This document shows, one piece after another, positions 1-11,558 of a DNA stretch of 64,000 bases. A model generated the notes under the pieces. It had not been told where the DNA came from. It searched no databases and worked only from the letters and a program-made list of their open reading frames with translations. Both the position numbers and the translations under genes were made by a program. The stretch is from an uncultured Gemmatimonadales bacterium. Its GTDB lineage: Bacteria > Gemmatimonadota > Gemmatimonadetes > Longimicrobiales > RSA9. The stretch spans positions 128,001 to 192,000 of the forward strand of contig CAWCUS010000004.1 of the NCBI GenBank assembly GCA_963798845.1, in the 5' to 3' direction. Every line of letters starts with the position of its first letter. Positions within the stretch are counted from its first letter, which is position 1.

Positions 1-315
1 GAGGAGCTCCTGAGCGGGGCCCGCCGGTACGGGGAGGCGCACCTGCTGCTGGTGGAGGGGTGGAGCGAGCGCGGCCGCGGCGGCGTCGGCGCCCGCTTCA
101 ACTGGGCGGAAGTGGCAGCCGGTATGGCCGGCCTTCCGTCGCACGTCCGGGTCGGCGTGGCCGGCGGTCTGGATGCCGGCAACGTGGCGGCGGCGGTGAG
201 GCGATTCCGGCCCGCGCTGGTGGACGTGAGCTCGGGGGTGGAGTCGCTGGTGGGGCGAAAGGATGCAGCGCTCGTTCGGGCGTTCGTGGCGGCGGCCCGC
301 GGGGCGGTGGCGTAG
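1..315 (+). CDS. trpF: Phosphoribosylanthranilate isomerase, 5' truncated by window edge
   Basis: Frame open from base 1; GGx[23 protein letters not shown] motifs; directly upstream of trpB. Confidence 0.9.
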   Translation, partial: EELLSGARRYGEAHLLLVEGWSERGRGGVGARFNWAEVAAGMAGLPSHVRVGVAGGLDAGNVAAAVRRFRPALVDVSSGVESLVGRKDAALVRAFVAAARGAVA

Positions 316-343
316 CTCGGAAAGCAACGGAGGCGGGAGCGGA

Positions 344-1552
344 ATGGCGGAGCGGGCGGAGTCGGGACCGGTGGATGTGGCGGAGCGGGGGCGGTTCGGG
401 CAATACGGCGGACGCTATGTCCCCGAGACGCTGATCGCGGCGCTGGACGAGCTGACCGAGGCGTACGCCGCCGCGCGGGCGGACGCGTCCTTCCGGACGG
501 TTCTGGACGGGCTGCTCCGCGACTACGTGGGGCGGCCATCGCCGCTTTACCGGGCCGAGCGACTGGGGCAGGCGGCAGGGTGCGAGCTGTGGTTGAAGCG
601 AGAGGACCTGAACCACACGGGCGCGCACAAGATCAACAACACGCTCGGCCAGGTCCTGCTGGCCCGACGGATGGGGAAGGGCCGCATCATCGCGGAGACC
701 GGGGCGGGGCAGCACGGCGTTGCGGCGGCGACGGTTTGTGCCCTTTTCGGCCTCGAGTGCGTCGTGTACATGGGCGAGGAGGACATGCGCCGGCAGGCGC
801 TGAACGTGGTGCGCATGGAGCTGCTGGGTGCGGAAGTCCGGCCGGTAGGCTCGGGTACCCGCACGCTCAAGGACGCCACGAACGAGGCCATCCGCGACTG
901 GGTGACGAACGTTGGTGACACACATTACATTATCGGATCGGTGGTCGGGCCGGACCCCTACCCGCGCATGGTGCGCGACTTCCAGGCCGTGATCGGTCGG
1001 GAGACGCGGGAGCAGGTGGTGGAGCGCACGGGGCGGCTCCCCGCGGCCGTGGTGGCCTGCGTGGGCGGCGGCTCGAACGCAATGGGCATCTTCCACGCTT
1101 TCGTTCCGGACGATGCCGTGGAGCTGGTGGGTGTCGAGGCGGCCGGCGAAGGGCTGGACTCGGGGCGGCACGCCGCTTCCCTGGCCGCGGGCTCGCCCGG
1201 CGTGCTCCACGGTTCGCTGAGCTATCTCTTGCAGGATGATGCGGGCCAGGTGGCCCCGGCCCACTCCGTTTCGGCGGGGCTGGACTACCCGGGCGTGGGC
1301 CCGGAGCACGCCCACCTCCGGGAGACCGGGCGCGCCCGCTACGTGGCGGTGGACGATGCCGAGGCGCTGGACGCGTTCCACCGGGTGACTCGCCTGGAGG
1401 GGATCATCCCGGCGCTGGAGAGCGCGCACGCGGTGGCGTTCCTGCTGAGGGAAGGCCGGGGCTGGGAGGGGGCGGGGCCGGTGGTCGTCTGCATGAGCGG
1501 GCGCGGTGACAAGGACGTGGCCCAGGTCATGGAGGCCAGGGCGGTCGAATAG
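344..1552 (+). CDS. trpB: Tryptophan synthase beta chain
   Basis: [29 protein letters not shown] (PLP lysine), [20 protein letters not shown]. Confidence 0.98.
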   Translation: MAERAESGPVDVAERGRFGQYGGRYVPETLIAALDELTEAYAAARADASFRTVLDGLLRDYVGRPSPLYRAERLGQAAGCELWLKREDLNHTGAHKINNTLGQVLLARRMGKGRIIAETGAGQHGVAAATVCALFGLECVVYMGEEDMRRQALNVVRMELLGAEVRPVGSGTRTLKDATNEAIRDWVTNVGDTHYIIGSVVGPDPYPRMVRDFQAVIGRETREQVVERTGRLPAAVVACVGGGSNAMGIFHAFVPDDAVELVGVEAAGEGLDSGRHAASLAAGSPGVLHGSLSYLLQDDAGQVAPAHSVSAGLDYPGVGPEHAHLRETGRARYVAVDDAEALDAFHRVTRLEGIIPALESAHAVAFLLREGRGWEGAGPVVVCMSGRGDKDVAQVMEARAVE

Positions 1553-1580
1553 GAAGACCCGCGGGAGAGGCGAGCGGAAG

Positions 1581-3320
1581 GTGAAGAACGCGCCCCAGCT
1601 CGATTCGACGGAAACCAGAGCTCCGGCGGTGCCCGCGCAGGAGGTCGAGGCACTGCTCTCGAACATGGCCAAGGCGCAGCGGGCCTTCAACATGTACCGG
1701 GACAACAACCCGGTCTTCCAGCGTTTCCGCCACCTCCTCCACGACTCCTTCCGCCGGCTCTGGGAACAGACCGATGCGCTCGACCTGGGCGTGGCCGAGG
1801 AAGGCTTCCGGTACGCGGGTGAGCTCTTCCGCGTGGGCAAGGGCCGCGACTCCCTCGCGTTCATCCTCTACAAGGACGGCGTCCGCAGCCTCCGCTTCCT
1901 TCCCGGCTTCGAGGAGGAGGTGGGTGCGTTCCTGGACGCGCTCAACCGTGCGGTCCGCCGTGACGCGGAAGAGGACGACATCATCACCGTGCTCTGGGAA
2001 GCGGAGTTCGGGTGCCTGCAGTACGGCTACGTGGACCTGCTGGTGGAAGGGCTGGACGTGCCCGACCGGGGTCTCACCGCCGAGCCGCCGCCCGTGGATC
2101 GCTCCGCGCTGTCGCTGGACCTCAAGCTGGACCTGGACCAGGCGGCGCCCGCGAACCTCGCGGCCGGCGACGGCGCCCCATCGCCGGCCGCCCTCCCGGG
2201 GCTCACGCGGGAGGATTTCGACGAGACGGTCTACTTCCTGAGCGCGGCGGAGATGGCGGCGCTGCAGGCGGAGCTGGAGTCGGAGGGCACGCGCAACCTC
2301 CGGGTGGACGTGCTGAACGCCCTTTTCGACCGCATGGAGGAGCGCGAGTGGCCGGACCGGCAGGCGGAGATCCTCGACATCCTCGACCAGCTCCTGCCGC
2401 TCTTCCTGAGCCGCGGCCACCTGCGTGAGGCCACCCTGGTGCTCCAGGAGCTGGACCGGCTGAGCGCTGCGGATGGGCCGTTCGGCGCCGACCTGGCGAG
2501 CCGGGTGGAGCTTCTCTTCGATCGCCTCAGCGATCCCCGCGTTCTCGAGCAGTTCGTGCAGGCGCTGGAAGACGGGGCAGTATCGCCGGAGTCGGAAGAC
2601 GTCGGCCTCTTCTTCAGCCGCCTCCAGGCCTCCGCGATGCCCGTGCTCATCCGCTTCGCCGAGCTGACGGAGAACGGCGCAGTGCAGCAGCGGCTGGCCT
2701 CGGCCATCGACGGCGTCGCGGCGCGCTACCCCGACGAGGTGAACAGGCTCCTGGCGAGCGAGGAGACCGACATGGTGGCCGGCGCAGCGCGCGCGGCCGG
2801 GCGCGTCCGTCTGGCGCCGGCGGTGCCCGGGCTCTCGCGGGCCCTCGATCACGCCGACCGCGAAGTGCGGCTCGCGGTCGTGAGCGCACTCGCGGACATG
2901 CGGCTCACGCCTGCCCTGCACGCCCTGGTGGCCGCCCTCGAGGATGAGGACAGGGAAGTCCGGATCGCGGCCGCCACGGCCCTTCGAGAAGTCCGTTTCG
3001 CGTCCGGCCGCGACGCGCTCGCCGCAGCCATCGACGGACGTCGCCTCCGGGAGTCGGACCTGACGGAGAAAATGGCGTTCTTCCAGGCGTACGGCGCGGT
3101 GGGCGGGAGCGCGGCCGTGCAGCGGCTGGCGGGAATCCTGAACGACCGTGGCTTCCTGGGCAGGCGGAGCCCGACGGACTATCGGGCGTGCGCGGCGCTG
3201 GCGCTGGGAGAGGCGGGGTCGGGCGCGGCGACGGAGGCGCTGGAGCGGGCGAGGCACGACGACGACCCGGTGGTCAGGAACGCGGTAGTCAGGGTCCTGC
3301 GGCAGGGAGAGTCGGCCTGA
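1581..3320 (+). CDS. HEAT-repeat domain protein
   Basis: C-terminal helical repeats (ALDHADREVRLAVV, ALEDEDREVRIAAA, DDDPVVRNAV); stop overlaps the next ATG; GTG start chosen. Confidence 0.75.
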   Translation: MKNAPQLDSTETRAPAVPAQEVEALLSNMAKAQRAFNMYRDNNPVFQRFRHLLHDSFRRLWEQTDALDLGVAEEGFRYAGELFRVGKGRDSLAFILYKDGVRSLRFLPGFEEEVGAFLDALNRAVRRDAEEDDIITVLWEAEFGCLQYGYVDLLVEGLDVPDRGLTAEPPPVDRSALSLDLKLDLDQAAPANLAAGDGAPSPAALPGLTREDFDETVYFLSAAEMAALQAELESEGTRNLRVDVLNALFDRMEEREWPDRQAEILDILDQLLPLFLSRGHLREATLVLQELDRLSAADGPFGADLASRVELLFDRLSDPRVLEQFVQALEDGAVSPESEDVGLFFSRLQASAMPVLIRFAELTENGAVQQRLASAIDGVAARYPDEVNRLLASEETDMVAGAARAAGRVRLAPAVPGLSRALDHADREVRLAVVSALADMRLTPALHALVAALEDEDREVRIAAATALREVRFASGRDALAAAIDGRRLRESDLTEKMAFFQAYGAVGGSAAVQRLAGILNDRGFLGRRSPTDYRACAALALGEAGSGAATEALERARHDDDPVVRNAVVRVLRQGESA

Positions 3321-4765
3321 TGAGCCCGCACAGCCACACCATCGACGGCACGGCGTCGTTCCAGAAGACGGGGCGGACCCTCCTCGGGACGTTCTACGCC
3401 GCCCTGCAGGCGCTGAAGCTGTTCCCCCTGGAGAACCAGACGGTTCAGAAGGCGCTGGACGACCTCCACACCGCAACGACGCGGCTGCAGGCCAGGGAGG
3501 AGCTGGTGGACATCGGGCTGGTGGGCGACTTCATCTTCATCAACGACGTCCGCATCCGCCTCGACCTCTCCACCTACGCCGCATTCTCCCTCCTCTCGAA
3601 CGCGCTGAACCGGCACCGGGTCGGCTCGGTCCAGGTGCATCCCGGTGTGGAGCGGTCCGAGTGGCCGCCGTTCCTTTCGCTTCTGCTGGAGAAGCCTCAG
3701 TCGGAGGAGAGCGCGTACGACGACTTCGTCCATCGCTTCCGCGCTACGCCCGTTCGCCACATCGAGGTGGGTCCCGAGCGGGAACGGGCGGCGAGGGACG
3801 ACACCGATGCGCAGAGCAAGGAAGCGGCGAAGAGGGCGTACTTCCAGACCGTCGAGGTGATGAAGACGGTGCTGGCGGACACGCGGCTGGGGAAGAGCGT
3901 GAATGCGCGCCGGGTGAAGCGGGCGGTGCAAGCCATTGTGGACCAGGTGCTGAACAACGAGACGTCCATGATGGGGATGACGGCGCTGCGGGAGTATGAC
4001 GATTACACGTACACGCACTGCGTGAACGTGTGCATCTTCAGCGTGGTGCTGGGCCAGAAGCTGGGGCTGGACAAGCGGCAGCTGTACGAGCTGGGGCTGG
4101 GCGCGCTCTTCCACGACATAGGGAAGATGCGGGTGGACCGGGACATCACCAACAAGAGCGAGGACCTCACGGCCGACGAGTTGCGCCAGATGCAGCAGCA
4201 CCCGACCGAGGGTCTGCTGGCGCTCTTCAACATGCACGGCTTCGGGGAAGTGCCGTTCCGGGCCATGCTCATGGCCTACGAGCACCACATGAAGCGCGAC
4301 CTCTCCGGCTACCCCGGGAACCGTCGGCCACGCAGCCCGACGCTCTTCAGCCGTATCGTGGCGGTGGCCGACGGGTTCGATGCGGCCACCACCCATCGGG
4401 TGTACATGGCCGGCGCGTGGCGGCCGGAGGACGCGCTGCTCGAGATGCGCGACAACCCGAAGCGCGGCTACGATCCGCTGCTGGTGAAGGCGCTGATCAA
4501 CGTCACGGGGATCTTCCCGGTCGGCACGCTCGTGATCCTGGACACCTACGAGATGGCCGTGGTGACCAGCGCCAACCCGGACCCCGCCAAGATCCACCAG
4601 CCGATCATCAGGGTGATCTACGACGCTCAGGGGATGCCGCTGACGGAGCCCATAACGGTGAACCTGGGCGCGGAGCACCCCGATAGCGGGCAGCCGCCAC
4701 GTCAGATCATCAAGACCACGGACCCCGCCCGATACGGAATCGACATTGGCGCCTACTTCATCTGA
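3320..4765 (+). CDS. HD-GYP domain protein (putative cyclic dinucleotide phosphodiesterase)
   Basis: YTYTHCVNV, LFHDIGK, EHH..DLSGYP, RIVAVADGFDA motifs. Confidence 0.88.
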   Translation: MSPHSHTIDGTASFQKTGRTLLGTFYAALQALKLFPLENQTVQKALDDLHTATTRLQAREELVDIGLVGDFIFINDVRIRLDLSTYAAFSLLSNALNRHRVGSVQVHPGVERSEWPPFLSLLLEKPQSEESAYDDFVHRFRATPVRHIEVGPERERAARDDTDAQSKEAAKRAYFQTVEVMKTVLADTRLGKSVNARRVKRAVQAIVDQVLNNETSMMGMTALREYDDYTYTHCVNVCIFSVVLGQKLGLDKRQLYELGLGALFHDIGKMRVDRDITNKSEDLTADELRQMQQHPTEGLLALFNMHGFGEVPFRAMLMAYEHHMKRDLSGYPGNRRPRSPTLFSRIVAVADGFDAATTHRVYMAGAWRPEDALLEMRDNPKRGYDPLLVKALINVTGIFPVGTLVILDTYEMAVVTSANPDPAKIHQPIIRVIYDAQGMPLTEPITVNLGAEHPDSGQPPRQIIKTTDPARYGIDIGAYFI

Positions 4766-5567
4766 CACCCGCCTGAGCGACCGGCTCGCGAGCCGCGTCC
4801 ACGACAGGCGGCCACTCCTCGTCCCGTACATCACCGCCGGTTTTCCTTCTCCGGCCGCCACGCCGGGCCTGATGGCCGCTGTGGCGGAGGCCGGGGCGGA
4901 CGTCCTGGAGCTCGGTGTCCCGTTCAGCGATCCACTCGCCGACGGTCCGACGATCCAGGCCAGCTCCCAGGCGGCGCTCCGAGCGGGCGGCTCCCTGCCC
5001 GCCACGCTGGCAGCGCTCGCCGCGTTCCGCGCCAGTGATGCGGCCACGCCGGTGATCCTGTTCACGTACCTGAACCCTATCTTCCGCTATGGCGTCGAAC
5101 GGTTCCTGGACGGCGCCGCGCGGGCGGGCGCGGACGGCGTGCTCGTCACCGATCTCCCGCTGGGCGAGGACCCGGAGCTCGAGGAGCGCTTCGAGAGCTC
5201 GCCGCTCGCGCTCGTGCGACTCATCGCCCCGACCACGCCACGCGCCCGCGCGCTCCGGATCGCCGAGCGCGCGCAGGGCTTCCTCTACTACATCTCGCGC
5301 ACGGGCGTGACGGGCGGGGGGACGGAGCTGAGGCGAGAGCTCGCCGCCGAGCTTGCGCCGATCCGTGCCGCAGCCCCGGTGCCGGTGGTGGTGGGCTTCG
5401 GGATCGCCACGCCCGGGCAGGCGGCTTCCGTGGCCGGGATGGCCGACGGGGTCGTCGTCGGGAGCGCGCTCATCGAAGTGATCCGTGAGCGCGGGGTGGA
5501 CGGGGCGAGGGAGTTCGTGGCGTCGCTGCGTGCGGCGCTGCCGCCTGGCCCCGCCGCGGCTTCGTGA
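4746..5567 (+). CDS. trpA: Tryptophan synthase alpha chain
   Basis: PYITAGFP, LELGVPFSDPLADGPTIQ, YYISRTGVTG, VGFGI, DGVVVGSA; exact start uncertain. Confidence 0.96.
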   Translation: MAPTSSDTRLSDRLASRVHDRRPLLVPYITAGFPSPAATPGLMAAVAEAGADVLELGVPFSDPLADGPTIQASSQAALRAGGSLPATLAALAAFRASDAATPVILFTYLNPIFRYGVERFLDGAARAGADGVLVTDLPLGEDPELEERFESSPLALVRLIAPTTPRARALRIAERAQGFLYYISRTGVTGGGTELRRELAAELAPIRAAAPVPVVVGFGIATPGQAASVAGMADGVVVGSALIEVIRERGVDGAREFVASLRAALPPGPAAAS

Positions 5568-5718
5568 GTCCCGCCGGGCGGGGAAGACGCACCGCGGGCC
5601 TCGCGCCCGCCCTCCGGCGTTCGCGCCCCGCGCACCGCCCTCGAGCCCGGCCCACCACCGTCACGCGGCCCGCCACCTCGGGCCCGGGCGAGATTCGCGG
5701 CTCTCGGCCGCGAGCCGC

Positions 5719-7498
5719 CTAACCCGACCCCCGCCCCAACCGCTTCGGCAGCCCGGGGTCCGGGCGCACGAAGACGGTGGAAACGCGCTCCGGCACGACT
5801 GCGCCGGGGCGCGCCTTGCGGGGCTTCCGCACGTATCTCCGCCGCGTCCAGTCCACGGGGACGGTGGCGGAGCCGCGGGCGCGGCTGTTGAGCGCTGCGA
5901 GCACTGCCGCTTCCACCAGGTCGCGCTTGGGCGGGTTCTGGTCGCGTTCGGTCCAGCGGAGGATGACGTGGGCGCCGGCGCTGTCGCGGGCGTGGAGCCG
6001 AGATGTCGTCGGGGGACGAGTGGTGGAAGGTCAGCTCGTCGTTGGCGCCGCCGCTCCGCCCCACGCGGATCTCCAGTCCACCGGAGCTGGTGAAGCGGAG
6101 GTACGGGAGCGCCCGACGCTCCTCGCCGCCCGTGCCGCCCTCCTCGGCCAGGAGCTCCGCCGCCCAGCCCGCGACTTCCGCCGGGTCCGCCGCTCCCCGG
6201 TCGAGCGACTCCAGCAGCGACTGGAGCCGGTTCTGCTCCGCCAGCGCCTCCCGCACCCGCACCGGCAGCTGCGCCGCCGCCCGCTCCCGCCGGCGGGCCC
6301 GGTCGTACATGATCTCGGCGTTCTCCGCCGCCGAGCGCGCGGGATCCAGCGGCACGGTCACGGTGCCGCCCTCGAAGTCGTCCAGCTCGACCGAGGCGTC
6401 GCTGCGCCGGACCCGGTGCAGCTGGGCCATGAGCAGGTCGGCTTGCCCGCGCAGGCGGGCAGCGTCGGCCGGTGCCGCCTCCGCGTCGGCGCGCAGACGC
6501 AGCGCCCGCTGCTCCACTTTCTCCAGCCGGGCGACGAGCGCCGCCAGCACTTCGGGCGCCACCCACGCCGCCGCATCCGTGGAGGCGGCGGCCGCGAGAG
6601 CCGCAAGGAGGGTCGGCTTCGGCGCCGACCGCGTACCGGGGAGCGGGACGGGGTAGGGGGCGGGGTAGGGGGCGGGGCCGTCCACGTCGAGCAGCTGCGG
6701 GCTCGGCTCCGGCCGGCTCGCCACAGCGGCGTACCGGTGCCATGCCGCGCCGAGCAGCGCCGGGTCGGGATCCTCGGCGGCCGGTCCGAGCAGCGCCGCC
6801 GCGTTGAGCGGGCTGGTCCAGGCGACGCCTCGCACCAGCGCGCTCGCCCGCCCGGCCGGCGTCACGTCCTCCAGCAGCCGCCGGAGCTCGCCTTCCGTCA
6901 GCGGAGACTCCTCGCCCGCACGCGGGCGACGTGCCGGCGGAGAGTACACCGCGCCGGCCCGCAGCCGCCGCTCCCCCGCGTCCCGCGGCCACAGCGCGGC
7001 CACAATGGTGGCGTCGGGCGCCAGCGCCAGCACGTTCCACTGGTTCGTCATCAGCTCGACCACGAAGCGCGACGCCCGCCCGGCGCCGCCCGCGTCGATG
7101 GCGATGGTGAGGACCCGTTCGTCCCGCGGTGCGCTCACCTCGCGGACGCGCGGCTTCCGCTGCGTCGGGATCTTCCGGCCGCCCCAGGCCGGGTCCGCGG
7201 GTGCCGTCTGGCTGCCGCCGCCGGTCGCGCCGCCGCCGGTCGCGCCACCGCCGACCTCGTCGCCCGGATCGTCGCCCGGACCGCCGCCCGGACCCGCGGC
7301 GGCGGCCGCGAGCTCGCGGATCCAGCCGCGCCCGGGGTGCAGCTCCCAGACGAGGGCGAACGAGTCCAGGTCGAGCACGAGACGCCTAGCCGCCGGGTCC
7401 ATCCACACACCCTTGAGCCGGCGCGCGCGGAGGCGGTCGTCGAGCTCGCGGGCGAGGTAGTGGACGAGGAGCGAGTCGTAACGGATCGGGTTTGACAC
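5719..7498 (-). CDS. rqcH: NFACT/RqcH (FbpA-like) ribosome quality control protein, frameshifted at ~6000
   Basis: VELMTNQWN, PLDPARSAAENAE, IRVGRSGGANDELT; removing one base at ~6000 restores DIWLHARDSAGAHVIL and the VDWTRRRYVRKP C-terminus. Confidence 0.85.
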
Positions 7499-7520
7499 GT
7501 CCGGAAACTGGATCTAGCTT
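7492..7520 (+). promoter_or_regulatory. Putative sigma70 promoter of the pan operon
   Basis: TTGACA (7492-7497), 17 bp spacer, TAGCTT (7515-7520); overlaps the divergent rqcH start codon. Confidence 0.6.
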
Positions 7521-7562
7521 CGAGCGCAGTCAAACCCCTGCAACCACGCGGTTTTCCGGCCA

Positions 7563-8381
7563 ATGAGCACGGGATCGGCACGCAAGCGCACCACGGTGCG
7601 TCGCCTGCTGGAGATGAAGGAGCGCGGCGAGAAGATCGTCGCGCTCACTGCTTACGACTACCTGTTCGCGAAGCTGGTGGACGAGGCGGGCGTCGACATC
7701 GTCCTGGTGGGCGACTCCCTCGGCCAGGTCGTGCTCGGCCACGACTCCACGGTCCCCGTCACCCTCGAGGACATGATCCACCACGGCGCCGCCGTGCGGC
7801 GGGGCGTCGAGGACGCGCTGCTGGTGGTGGACATGCCGTTCCTCACGTTCCAGGTCTCGCCCGAGGACACGGTCCGCAACTGCGGCCGTGTGCTCAAGGA
7901 GACGGGGGCGGAGGCCGTGAAGATGGAGGGCGGGAGCGAGCGGGCGTGCGAGCACGTCGCCAGGCTGGTGGACGCCGGGATCGCGGTCATGGGGCACGTG
8001 GGGCTCACCCCCCAGTCGGTGCACGCCCTCGGCGGCTACCGCGTCCAGGGGCGCGACGACGTCACCGCCGACCGGCTCCGCCGCGAAGTGGCGGCGCTGG
8101 CCGAGGCCGGGGCGTTCGCCGTCGTGCTGGAGCTGCTGCCGGCCGCGCTGGCGAAGGAGCTGACGGCGGCCTCACCGGTCCCCACCATCGGAATCGGCGC
8201 CGGCCCCTACTGCGACGGCCAGGTCCTGGTCCTTCCGGACATGCTGGGCCTGAACGACGCGTTCAAGCCCAAGTTCCTCCGCCGCTTCGCCGAGCTGGCG
8301 AAGGAGACCCGCCGGGCCGTGGGCGAGTACGTCGAGGCGGTGCGCGGCGGCGAGTATCCGGACGCCGGGCACTCTCACTGA
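7563..8381 (+). CDS. panB: 3-methyl-2-oxobutanoate hydroxymethyltransferase
   Basis: LTAYDY, LVGDSLG, VDMPF, VKMEGG, GHVGLTPQS, TIGIGAG..CDGQVLV. Confidence 0.98.
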   Translation: MSTGSARKRTTVRRLLEMKERGEKIVALTAYDYLFAKLVDEAGVDIVLVGDSLGQVVLGHDSTVPVTLEDMIHHGAAVRRGVEDALLVVDMPFLTFQVSPEDTVRNCGRVLKETGAEAVKMEGGSERACEHVARLVDAGIAVMGHVGLTPQSVHALGGYRVQGRDDVTADRLRREVAALAEAGAFAVVLELLPAALAKELTAASPVPTIGIGAGPYCDGQVLVLPDMLGLNDAFKPKFLRRFAELAKETRRAVGEYVEAVRGGEYPDAGHSH

Positions 8382-8397
8382 TCTGCTGGGAAGCGCG

Positions 8398-9279
8398 ATG
8401 AAGCACATCTCGACTGTCGCCGAGCTGCGGCGGGCGGTGGCGGAGGCCCGCCGCTCCGTCGGCGCCACCGGGCCGGGCGCCGGAGAGGAGCGGGTCTCGC
8501 TGGTGCCGACCATGGGCGCGCTGCACTCAGGGCACCTCTCGCTGGTGGGGCGGGCGAAGCAGCGGGCGCCGTTCGTCGTCATGTCCATCTTCGTGAACCC
8601 CACGCAGTTCGGGCCGGGCGAGGACTTCGACGCCTATCCGCGGACGCCGGCGGAGGACGCGGCGGCGGCGGAGGCAGCGGGCGTGGACGTGCTGTTCGCG
8701 CCGTCGCCCGGCGAGGTCTTTCCCGACGGCGACACGGTGGTGAAGGTGATCCCGGGGAAGCTGGCGGAGCGGCTGTGCGGGCTGAGCCGCCCGGGCCACT
8801 TCCAGGGCGTGCTCACGGTGGTGGCCAAGCTCTTCGGCATGGTCCAGCCGGACGTGGCGGTGTTTGGCCAGAAGGACTTCCAGCAGTCGGTGCTGATCCG
8901 CCGCATGGTGAAGGACCTGGACATCGCGGTGGCCATCGACGTGGCGCCCATCGTCCGGGAATCCGACGGTCTGGCACTGTCCTCGCGCAACGTGTACCTG
9001 ACGGAGCGCCAGCGGGAGCGCGCCAGGAGCCTGTCCGAGGGGCTCCTCGCTGCCCGCGCCGCGTTCCGCGACGAGGGGGTCACGGACCCGGATCGGCTGA
9101 AAGCAAGGGTGCGGGGTACCATGCGGGACGCCGACGTGGAGCCCGAGTACATCGAGCTCGTGGACCCTGACACGCTCGACGAGGTAGACGAGGCGTCGGC
9201 GGCTTCGGTGCTGGCCGTGGCCGCGCGCGTGGGGGACACGCGCCTGATCGACAACGTGATCCTGGGACACGAGGAGTAG
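8398..9279 (+). CDS. panC: Pantoate--beta-alanine ligase
   Basis: [50 protein letters not shown]. Confidence 0.98.
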   Translation: MKHISTVAELRRAVAEARRSVGATGPGAGEERVSLVPTMGALHSGHLSLVGRAKQRAPFVVMSIFVNPTQFGPGEDFDAYPRTPAEDAAAAEAAGVDVLFAPSPGEVFPDGDTVVKVIPGKLAERLCGLSRPGHFQGVLTVVAKLFGMVQPDVAVFGQKDFQQSVLIRRMVKDLDIAVAIDVAPIVRESDGLALSSRNVYLTERQRERARSLSEGLLAARAAFRDEGVTDPDRLKARVRGTMRDADVEPEYIELVDPDTLDEVDEASAASVLAVAARVGDTRLIDNVILGHEE

Positions 9280-9289
9280 GGGGAACGGC

Positions 9290-9688
9290 ATGCGTCGCAG
9301 CATGTGCAAGTCGAAGATCCACCGGGCGACGGTGACGGACGCGAACCTCGCCTACGAGGGCTCCATCACGCTCGACCCGGTTCTCATGACCGCCGCGGAC
9401 GTCCTGGAGTACGAGAAGGTGCACGTGGTGGACATCGACAACGGCGCGCGCTTCGAGACGTACGTGATCCGCGGCGACGAGGGCTCGGGCGACGTGGTGC
9501 TGAACGGCGCCGCCGCGCGCCTGGTTCAGCCCGGCGACAAGGTCATCATCATGTCCTACGCCGACTACGACGAGGCCGAGCTGGAGGACTTCCGACCCCG
9601 CATCGTCTTCGTGGACGGAGCGAACCGGATCCGGGAGACGGACGACGGCGAGCGCGCCGGCACCCGGCTCCGCATCGAGCCCGCGTAG
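9290..9688 (+). CDS. panD: Aspartate 1-decarboxylase
   Basis: [18 protein letters not shown] self-cleavage site, [15 protein letters not shown]. Confidence 0.98.
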   Translation: MRRSMCKSKIHRATVTDANLAYEGSITLDPVLMTAADVLEYEKVHVVDIDNGARFETYVIRGDEGSGDVVLNGAAARLVQPGDKVIIMSYADYDEAELEDFRPRIVFVDGANRIRETDDGERAGTRLRIEPA

Positions 9689-9694
9689 GCGCAG

Positions 9695-10273
9695 GTGCTC
9701 CACCCCGTCGTGGCACGCGCGGCCAGGGGCGAGCTCCCGGAGTGGGCCGTGGCGCGGGAGAAGCGCCGGGCCCACATCGGCCGCGTGGCGGACCTCCTGG
9801 AGCGCTGGGCCACGGCCCTGGAGCTCGGCCCGGACGACGTGGCCCGCTGGCGCGCCGCCGGCTTCCTCCACGACTCCCTCCACGACGCCGACCCTGAGCA
9901 GATCCGCCCCCTCGTCCCCCTCGAGTTCAAGGACGCGCCGGGGAAGCTGCTGCACGGCCCCGCCGCCGCCGAGCGCCTGCGGCGCGACGGCGTGGAGGAC
10001 GAGGAGCTGCTCCTGGCGCTGACGTGGCACACCCTCGGCCACGAGCGCTTCGGCCCGCTCGGCAAGGCGCTGTACCTGGCCGACTACACGGAGCCCGGGC
10101 GCGAGTACGACTCGGACCAGCTCGCCGGGTGGCGGGAGCGCGCGCCGGCCGAGATGGACGCGGTGCTCCGCGACGTTGCAGCCCATCGCATCGGGCGCTC
10201 TCTGGGCAAGGGGAGGCCGCTCATGCCGCAGACCGTGGCCTTCTGGAACGGTATGCTGAATGGCCGGCCGTAG
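9695..10273 (+). CDS. HD-domain protein, YqeK-like (putative Ap4A hydrolase)
   Basis: H..RVA, FLHD, LLHGPAAA, WHTLG, LYLADYTEPGR. Confidence 0.75.
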   Translation: MLHPVVARAARGELPEWAVAREKRRAHIGRVADLLERWATALELGPDDVARWRAAGFLHDSLHDADPEQIRPLVPLEFKDAPGKLLHGPAAAERLRRDGVEDEELLLALTWHTLGHERFGPLGKALYLADYTEPGREYDSDQLAGWRERAPAEMDAVLRDVAAHRIGRSLGKGRPLMPQTVAFWNGMLNGRP

Positions 10274-10787
10274 GGCTTCGCGCGGCATCACGGCCGCGCT
10301 CGGCATAGTGGCCGCGCTCGTGCTGGCCTTCATCGTCTCCGCCATCGCCGGCATCGGCGGCGACGACGACGCGGCCACGCCCGCCCCCGGCACCGCTCCC
10401 GCCGCCGACGCCCCGCCGCCGCTCCCCCCCGTGCAGCCGATGGATACGGCTCTCGGCCACGTGCGCGTCGAGGTCCTGAACGGCTCGGGGCGAGGCGGGC
10501 TGGCGCTGGAGGCCACGCGCCTGCTTCGCGCCGACGGCTTCGACGTGGTCTTCTTCGGCAACGCCAGCCGTTTCGACACCCCGGCCAGCGTTGTCCTGGA
10601 CCGTTCCGGCGACCGCATCCGCGCCCTCGCCGTGGCGGCCGCGCTCGGCATCGACTCCGTGGCGGCGGCCCTCGACACCACGCTCGTCCTGGACGTGTCC
10701 GTCGTGCTGGGCGACGACTGGCCGCCGGCGCAGCCCGCGCCCAGGCCGTCGCTGTGGCAGCGGCTCAGAGGGCGGGTCGGGCAGTAG
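10260..10787 (+). CDS. LytR C-terminal domain membrane protein
   Basis: N-terminal TM helix; VEVLNGSGRGGLA, GF.V...GNA, DVSVVLGDD. Confidence 0.85.
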   Translation: MAGRRASRGITAALGIVAALVLAFIVSAIAGIGGDDDAATPAPGTAPAADAPPPLPPVQPMDTALGHVRVEVLNGSGRGGLALEATRLLRADGFDVVFFGNASRFDTPASVVLDRSGDRIRALAVAAALGIDSVAAALDTTLVLDVSVVLGDDWPPAQPAPRPSLWQRLRGRVGQ

Positions 10788-10849
10788 CACTCGCCCCCGG
10801 ACAGGGCCCGGAGGTTGCCCGCGTCGCGTGCCCGTGGCATCCATCCCGC

Positions 10850-11397
10850 ATGTTCTCCGAATCCGCCGAGCTGTACGACCTGATCTACAGGGAGTTCAAG
10901 GACTACCGGAGCGAGGGCGCCGGGATCGCCGCCCTCGTCCGCCGCTTCCATCCGCACGCGCGCACCGTCCTGGACGTGGCGTGCGGCACGGGTGAGCACG
11001 CCCGCGTCCTCGCCGCCGACCACGGCTACCGGGTGGACGCGCGCTGGAGCGCTTCCGCGCCCACCTCGCCCCCGGCGGCGTCGCCATCGTCGAGGCCTGG
11101 CTCCGGCCCGACCAGTGGCGTCCCGGGTCTGTGTACATGCACACCGCCGAGACCGACGCCGCGAAGGTCTGCCGCATCAGCCACGCTTCGACCCGCGACG
11201 GCCTCTCCGTGCTCGAGTTCCACTACCTCATCGGCAGCCCGGACGGGATCGAGCACAAGCGCGAGGTCCACGAGCTGGGACTGTTCACCCATCAGCAGAT
11301 GCGCGCCGCCTTCGCCGATGCAGGCCTCGAGGTGCTCGACTACGACGAACAGGGGCTCTCGGGACGCGGGCTGTACGTGGGCCGGCAGGCCGGCTGA
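10850..11397 (+). pseudogene. Class I SAM-dependent methyltransferase with internal deletion and frameshift
   Basis: YDLIY..KDY, VLDVACGTG, then at ~11040 a jump into another frame reading [20 protein letters not shown]...HELGLFT; the central motifs are missing. Confidence 0.75.
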
Positions 11398-11558
11398 TCG
11401 CGTCGGCCCGCGCAACGCAGGGAATGGACTGGCCAGCGGTGCGAAGACTCGTGACCCTCGTGATCCTGACGACACCCGGACCGACGGATTGGTGGGTGGC
11501 GATTTAGCGAGTCCGGCAGCAGAAGTGGCGAACCCCTGAGGCCACGCGGAGGCAGTGG

